Of a DNA stretch of 64,000 nucleotides, positions 58,427 through 64,000 are shown piece after piece (position 1 is the first letter of the stretch; each line of letters starts with the position of its first letter). The DNA comes from Phaeosaccion multiseriatum. Its lineage: Eukaryota > Protista > Ochrophyta, other classes. The DNA is taken from contig OZ218950.1 of the NCBI GenBank assembly GCA_965112735.1, positions 3,782,001-3,846,000 of the forward strand, given 5' to 3'. A program made the position numbers and the translations under genes. Under the pieces are notes generated by a model. That model saw only the letters and a program-made list of their open reading frames with translations. It ran no database searches and was not told where the DNA came from.

Positions 58427-61400
58427 CTACTTGGCGCGCAGCTCCTCCGGCAGAAGATTGTGGTGGTACAGCTCAATGTTCCAGAGGTAGTTCGAAGTGC
58501 CAAGGTGCTTGGCCATGATCTGCACGGGGTGGTGGTTGAGGTAGCGGCCGAGGTCCACTCTCCGGAAGCCCAGGTCCATCTGCAGAGGCACCAGGTCCAG
58601 CAGATGCTGGTAAAACTCCATCGTGTACACCTGTGGAACGGGGGGTCGGAAGGGGAAGGGAAGGGGAAGGGGTGGGCACCGACAGGGCAGAGGAGCAAAG
58701 GGCGAGGAGCAAGGAGCAGGGAGGACGAGGGCCTGGTGAGTGGCATGAAGGAAATCGAGGATAGAGAGAAGGGCTATTGTGACGATGCAAGGAGGCTACG
58801 AGGAGAGGAGTGGACGGGAGGAGGAAGAGGAGAGTCTACACGCCCAGCAGAGTCTACATCGGACACAAAGAGCCAGGTGGGGGGGATCGGAAGCTGAACA
58901 CGCTGCACGCTCACACGCACGCACCTTTCCCGGCTCGAAGGCGTATCCCGGCAGGTTCTTGGTGCTGGAAAAGAAGCTCTTCCTCGCGGCTGATGTGCGC
59001 TTCTTGTCCCCGCGGAACTCCGGCCCCAGCAGCTGCGTCTCCTCCACCTGCTCCTCTGCCGGCCTGATTTCGTTGCCAGCCTGATTGGTTTGGTTTCGTG
59101 TCGTTTCGTGGCCACCGACCACATGAGGGAGACGGTGGGGGGAGGGGGTGGTCAGGCAAAGTCGGACAAAAAGAAAACAAGCAACTTCCCACGAGGCATG
59201 AACATAGCATCATGGCAATATGCCATTGAATGAGCCCCCGCACGACGTGTACGAGCGAGCGACCCAAGCGAGTCCCTCACTCACCTCTTCTACCCGCAGA
59301 ACCTGCGCCGTTGCGGCAAGAGGGGACATGAAGTATGGCTGCGAGCCTCCAAGCTCCACCTGAGCGACGGACGGGTTGGGGGGTTGGGGGTGCAGGGAAG
59401 ACGGAAGGTCAGAAGACAGGAGGGGGAGGTCCGCCCGGAGGGGCACATGGGACGCAGGCAGGGACGAGCGCGCGCGGGGGGGAGGGGGGGGCAGGGGGGG
59501 GATGCCTGCCCTCTGTCCTCTTGTTTGCCCTCTTGCTTGTGCTCCTCCTCCTCCTCCTCCTCCTCCTTCTCCTCCTTCTCCTCCTCCTCCTCCTGCTCCT
59601 CCTCCTCCTCCTCCTTCTCCATCTCCACCTCCTGCTCCTCCTCCTCCTCCTCCTTCTCCATCTCCACCTCCTTCTCCTCACCTTCAGCCCGGGAGAGAGC
59701 GTCTTGACAAAGGCCAACACCCTGCGTACCAGCCACTTGGCCGGAAAGTTCGTGAAGGGCGCCACAAAAGCCTGTCCCGTGTACACTTGTTCGAAAGGAA
59801 TGGCCTTCTTGAAGGTCCCCTGCACCACGCACTGCATCCTCCGCTTACGCCCTTTGAAATACGCCTCCTGCGTGGTCGCGCCTAGGCCCACTCCCCCTCC
59901 TCCTCCTGCCGCCGCTGCCTCCCCGCTCTCCACTCCTCCTCCCTCTCCGCCCCCCACTCCTCCGGCTCCCAACCCCACCACCCGGACAATGACACGTCCC
60001 TTGAAGAGGTCGGTTTCGAATTCGAACGGCTCGTCGACATTGTTGATGATAATTACATCCTTCCGCACTCCACCTCTCCCACCACGAGCCGTCACCGCCT
60101 CTGCTTCGACAGGCACCTGAGACTGCTCCAGCGGGCTGAGGCGAGCGAGGAGGGGCCATTGCGGCCACTCTTGGGGCGGAGGAAGCGTGCCGAGTAAGAC
60201 TTGTCGAAGCTGACGCTGTTCGGACTGTTCCGACTCTTTCTCTTCTTCCCACAAGGCCTTTCTCTGTCCTTCCGCCACCGCCGCCGCTCGCCCTGCTGCT
60301 TCCCCAGCGTACAGCACAGAGCTCACATCAGACATGCCATCCTCCTCTCCAGCGCCTGAGGCTGCATCCTCCTCCTGGTATTCGTCGTCGCTGTCGTACC
60401 CACTCTCCCCAGTGCTGGACACGACAGTCACGTCGTCCTGCACCTGCCCAGCGCGGGGTGCACTTCTCGCCCTCGCCGGCCTCTTTGACTGTTGCGCTGC
60501 TGCTGATGCGCCCGCCTCTGTCGACCAAAGAAGAAGGTACCATGCGAGAGAGGTTAGACTCACGACGGCGACAGCGGCAGCGGCGTGAAGCCACGCGGTC
60601 CATGTCGACCGAAGAAGAAGAGGGTGGTCAGGCGCGCAGCTTCCGCTCTCGCTCTCGCCCTCTGCAGGCCCCGAGCGAAAGAAGGTGGTGGAGGAGGAAA
60701 AGGGAGAAACGCCGTCCCAGCCGAAGCCGAGGAGGCAAAGCGCAAAGCCCGCGTAGGCGGAAACTGCCAGGTGAAGCCCGGCAGAAAGCCACCACAACCT
60801 GCCCCTGCCCGTACCTCTGACAGGAGCGGCCTCGGAACGCCTTCGAGACTGCCGCTGCTGCAGTTCGAGTTGGAGCTCTGTGTTCGCTGTCCGGAGGCTC
60901 TCAGTCTCTGCCTGCGCCTATTCACACGCCCCCCCCCCCAACCCAACGAGGAGCAGCATCAGTAACAGGTTCGTCACGAAATAGAACAGCAAAGGTGTGT
61001 GTGTATGTTTTACAGACAGGTAGCGCTTGCGCTTCGCACAGTCACTTCGCGTCATCTCAATCCCTCCCAACGCTCACCCTTCTCCAAGCCCTCAAGTCCC
61101 CAAGCTCTCAGCAACCTCCCCCCCCTCTCACCTTCAAGAGGTCGCTTTGCAGTGACAGTCGAGCGCGCCCCTCCTCCGTTGTCGACGGGGAAGGAGAGGA
61201 CAAGCTGCTGCTGTTGCCACTACTACCGCTACCACTGCTGCTGCGCATGATGCCACTCTTGCTACTGGCATTTGGCGCAAGGGGGGGTACAGTAGGGGCA
61301 GCACTAGCAGTGAACGGTGCACTTGCTCCAGCCAAGCTGCTTGCGCTGTCGGGGATGGTGTTGTCGAGGGGGTTGCTGGCGTCGCTGACGCCTCTACTGC

Positions 61401-63250
61401 CGCTTCCGTCGCTGCCGAGGAGGGACGCAAACCTTCACAAAGTCGAGGGGGGGGGGCGCCCATAGAGGTCGCGTAGGTTAGCCTAGCAGTCACACCAATA
61501 CCATTCTTGCGGGCGATCTAAACACATTTCTTCATCAAGTGGAGCAAACCTGACGGCCGTGAAGGAAGCTTTGGGTCATACTTTTTCCATGTTAACGCCA
61601 ATCATGAAAAGAGAGCATTACAGATACAGATACACACACACACTCCTACCTGTAGAAAAGCCTCCTGTTCTCGAGCTCTTCGTAGTCGTAGGCCACGTGG
61701 TACACAAGTCCTCGAGTAACGAGAGCCCTGCCCAGGGTTTGGGCGTCTTCGAGAGACAAAGTCGAGCTGTTGCTACTGCATCCTGACCCAGCCCTCCTCC
61801 TCCCCCCCTCCCCTTCTCCTCGCTTCCCAGAGGTTGCCTCCCACTGTTTGCAGCCGCCACCTCCCTCGCTCTGCAGCCACGAGATTGCATCCTCACCAAG
61901 GAAGCAGTCACTGTATGTCTGTGGGAAGGAGGCGCATACGAGAGAGGCGGGACTGCAAACAATCAACAGAAGAGGATCCCTCTGTTCCAAGCAGGGCTTA
62001 ATCCTACACGCTTCTTGCAGAGCCGCAGTGTAGCGCCCCCACCCTCTCTAATCAAAGAATCAAATGGCACCCCAGACGGACCTTCAGATGGTAAACCCTG
62101 TCTCTCAAGTCGAGCTCCATTCGCATGCGCCTCACCAGGCGTGTCATCTCCTCCTCCTCTTCAGCGGTACGGTAGCTCTCCTCTCCTGATGAGCACGCAT
62201 GCATGGCGACAAGAGCAACAGCAACAGCAACAGCGAATAATAGTGAAAAAAGCGCCAGCACTCGACCACACAAGCATCATCACCCCACAAGGAGAAGACG
62301 ACAAGAAGGGGGGTGCTGAGAGGAGGAGTGTGCACGCTCAGAGAGATAAAGGCAGACTATGACACTCCCCCGAGACACAGACTCAAGCGGCACGTCCGGG
62401 CTTCTTGGTGAGAGCCTGGCCCTGGGTGCATGTGTGGACTTGACTACTCACCGAATTTGATGGCAGCAGCGATGTCATGCTGCCAGGCCTCCTTCTCGTC
62501 TTGGCCACTTGCTGCCAATATCCACTCTTCTGCTACCCCTGCGTTGAACACGACGAAGCTTGAACAGAGACGGCGCGTGTGTGTGGGCGGGGAAAGGGAG
62601 AGACAGAGGCGGCGGGTGAGGAGGACATTTCAAACATGGCGCCCTCCTGCGAAAGCCCTTTCGCCGATGCTTGATTCACGAGTGAATTGGGTAAGTACTG
62701 TTTTGACTGTGCAGCGAAAAACATCCTTACCCGAGTGGTAGAGCCTCGACTATTCCCTTTGTAGATTCGTTTTGGTTTGTGCTCGTTGTGCTGAGCGAGG
62801 CCCCGCGAAGGTTGATCTCATTCGCACTCCCATTTGTCCCGAACACTTGAACATTCCTCTGCGGCAATACAGAAGCAGCAAGATCAGCTGAGCGAGTGCG
62901 GCAATGGAAGGGCGACTTGGAAAAGCATGCACAAGGGGAAGGGGATGGGGCACCTCCACCGGATACGAGCTATACCTTGTAGCGGAGAAAGTGCCCGGCT
63001 AAGTACATCTTCTTGTCAGTCCATTGGCGCTGGTGAGGGTCGTAAAGGCGGAGAGTTCCTGCAGAAGAGGGCAGAGTGACGGGAAAGAATGATGAGGGGG
63101 GTGAGAGGAGAGGGGATCCGGTGGGGGCGTACCTTTTCTTATCAGTGCCCTCGCTCTCTTTTCTTCACCCCCCCCTGCACGGCCTCGTCTTAGTCCCCTG
63201 CTAAACCCCTCTTTCCATGCCTCATCACCCCCGGAGATTTTCCTCCTCAT
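58427..63250 (-). CDS. Multi-exon PH - DEP - transmembrane - DUF1769 protein
   Basis: PH: LIRKG-TLRLYDPHQRQWTDKKMYLAGHFLRYK-..EINLRGAS..WILAASGQDEKEAWQHDI. DEP: LRDRVYHLK-TYSDCFLGEDAISWL..AQTLGRALVTRGLVYHV..LFYR. Two hydrophobic helices near 60.5-60.8 kb. DUF1769: PFEFETDLFKGRV, YFKGRKRRMQCVVQG, SPLAATAQ, YTMEFYQHLLD. Confidence 0.8.
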
Positions 63251-63351
63251 CCTATAACTCTCGATTGATTTTTGCCGATGGATGGTTCTTCTTGCCGTGT
63301 TGCTTCTCCAGACTCACAGCGCGGCGACGCCTTGCGATGCCACAAAAAAAA

Positions 63352-63673
63352 ATGCCACTTCAGCATAATATTAGCCGCATGCTTCGCCCCGTCCTCTCTC
63401 CCGCGCTGCTCCGCAATCTGCGGGCAAGAGATGGGAGTCAGGCTTGTGGTGGAGGGCTCATGAGGCTGCTTCTGCATCAGCTTCAAGGCAGCACGAGACC
63501 CTACCAGACTGAAGCCAGAGGCCAACAATTTCTTCCCGAGGCCTACAGTGTCGCCAGCACGTTGCCTCTCCGAGGCGTGATCTTCGATGTAGAACTGGTT
63601 TCCAGAATGGGTGGGCAGGGGAGCCAGAGCAGCAGCAGCAGTAGCAACGAGGGTGGTGGTGGTGGCGGAGGAG

Positions 63674-63737
<64 letters not shown>

Positions 63738-64000
63738 GAGCAGTAGTAGTAGCGGGTGTTCTCCGACGCCGACTTCCGACCCCCTGGCCTTCGTCAGGGA
63801 CATCAAACAGGTAATGGGCAAGGCGAAGGAGGCGTCGGGCAAGGCCAATCACTTTGGACTTTCCTATGAACCTTTACTGGAAGAGCAAGAGGTCAAGGGC
63901 GGAGCTTTGGAGGCGGCTTTATGCTCCCAAGCCCTGGGAGAGCTTCTAAAGGACGGCACGGCGAAGAGACAGGAAGGAGGGAAAACAGAAGCTGCAGCAG
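63352..64000 (+). CDS. HAD-superfamily-like protein, 5' part (open to the window end), possible mitochondrial presequence
   Basis: Stop-free frame from ATG 63352: MPLQHNISRMLRPVLSPALLRNLR...LPLRGVIFDVE (motif-I-like), poly-G/S, DPLAFVRDIKQV. It is absent from the ORF track because it has no stop in the window. Confidence 0.55.
63673..63736. repeat. (GTA)n microsatellite encoding poly-Ser
   Basis: Directly visible. Confidence 0.97.

Noticed and set aside
63247-63852. Minus-strand 201-aa ORF with poly-Thr
   Set aside because: It is the antisense shadow of the plus-strand frame starting at 63352.

Overview
This is GC-rich eukaryotic nuclear DNA with spliceosomal introns and many microsatellites. 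Bipartite signal-peptide + Phe plastid presequences point to a stramenopile (ochrophyte-type) alga; that assignment is an inference. Ordinary genes occupy 1-15.5 kb (LRR+IQ protein, ankyrin protein, stand-alone glutamate synthase small subunit, C69 peptidase, tRNA-Leu) and 40-64 kb (CDC73, NDUFA12, RTCA, DUF3598-like, RPL31, uroporphyrinogen-III methyltransferase, a kinase, a PH-DEP-DUF1769 protein, a HAD-like protein). Between them is a ~23-kb accessory island that begins just downstream of the tRNA and is bracketed by diverged ~1-kb inverted repeats. Its main gene (minus strand, 25452-32278, about 10 exons) is split across many ORFs in the ORF track. Spliced by hand it encodes a USP/C19 deubiquitinase domain with intact Cys and His/Asp boxes, a duplicated unknown domain, SUMO-interaction-like motifs, a Cys/His-rich region and a C-terminal double-motif LAGLIDADG homing-endonuclease domain whose second motif is split by an intron. 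One frame discontinuity in a microsatellite leaves the fusion unproven. The left inverted arm is interrupted by a degenerate pogo/Fot-like transposon (TA duplication; the empty site is visible in the right arm). The window also holds several small TC...GA inverted-repeat elements with 6-bp target-site duplications that I cannot place in a superfamily. All calls are by-eye motif recognition; no database search was run.
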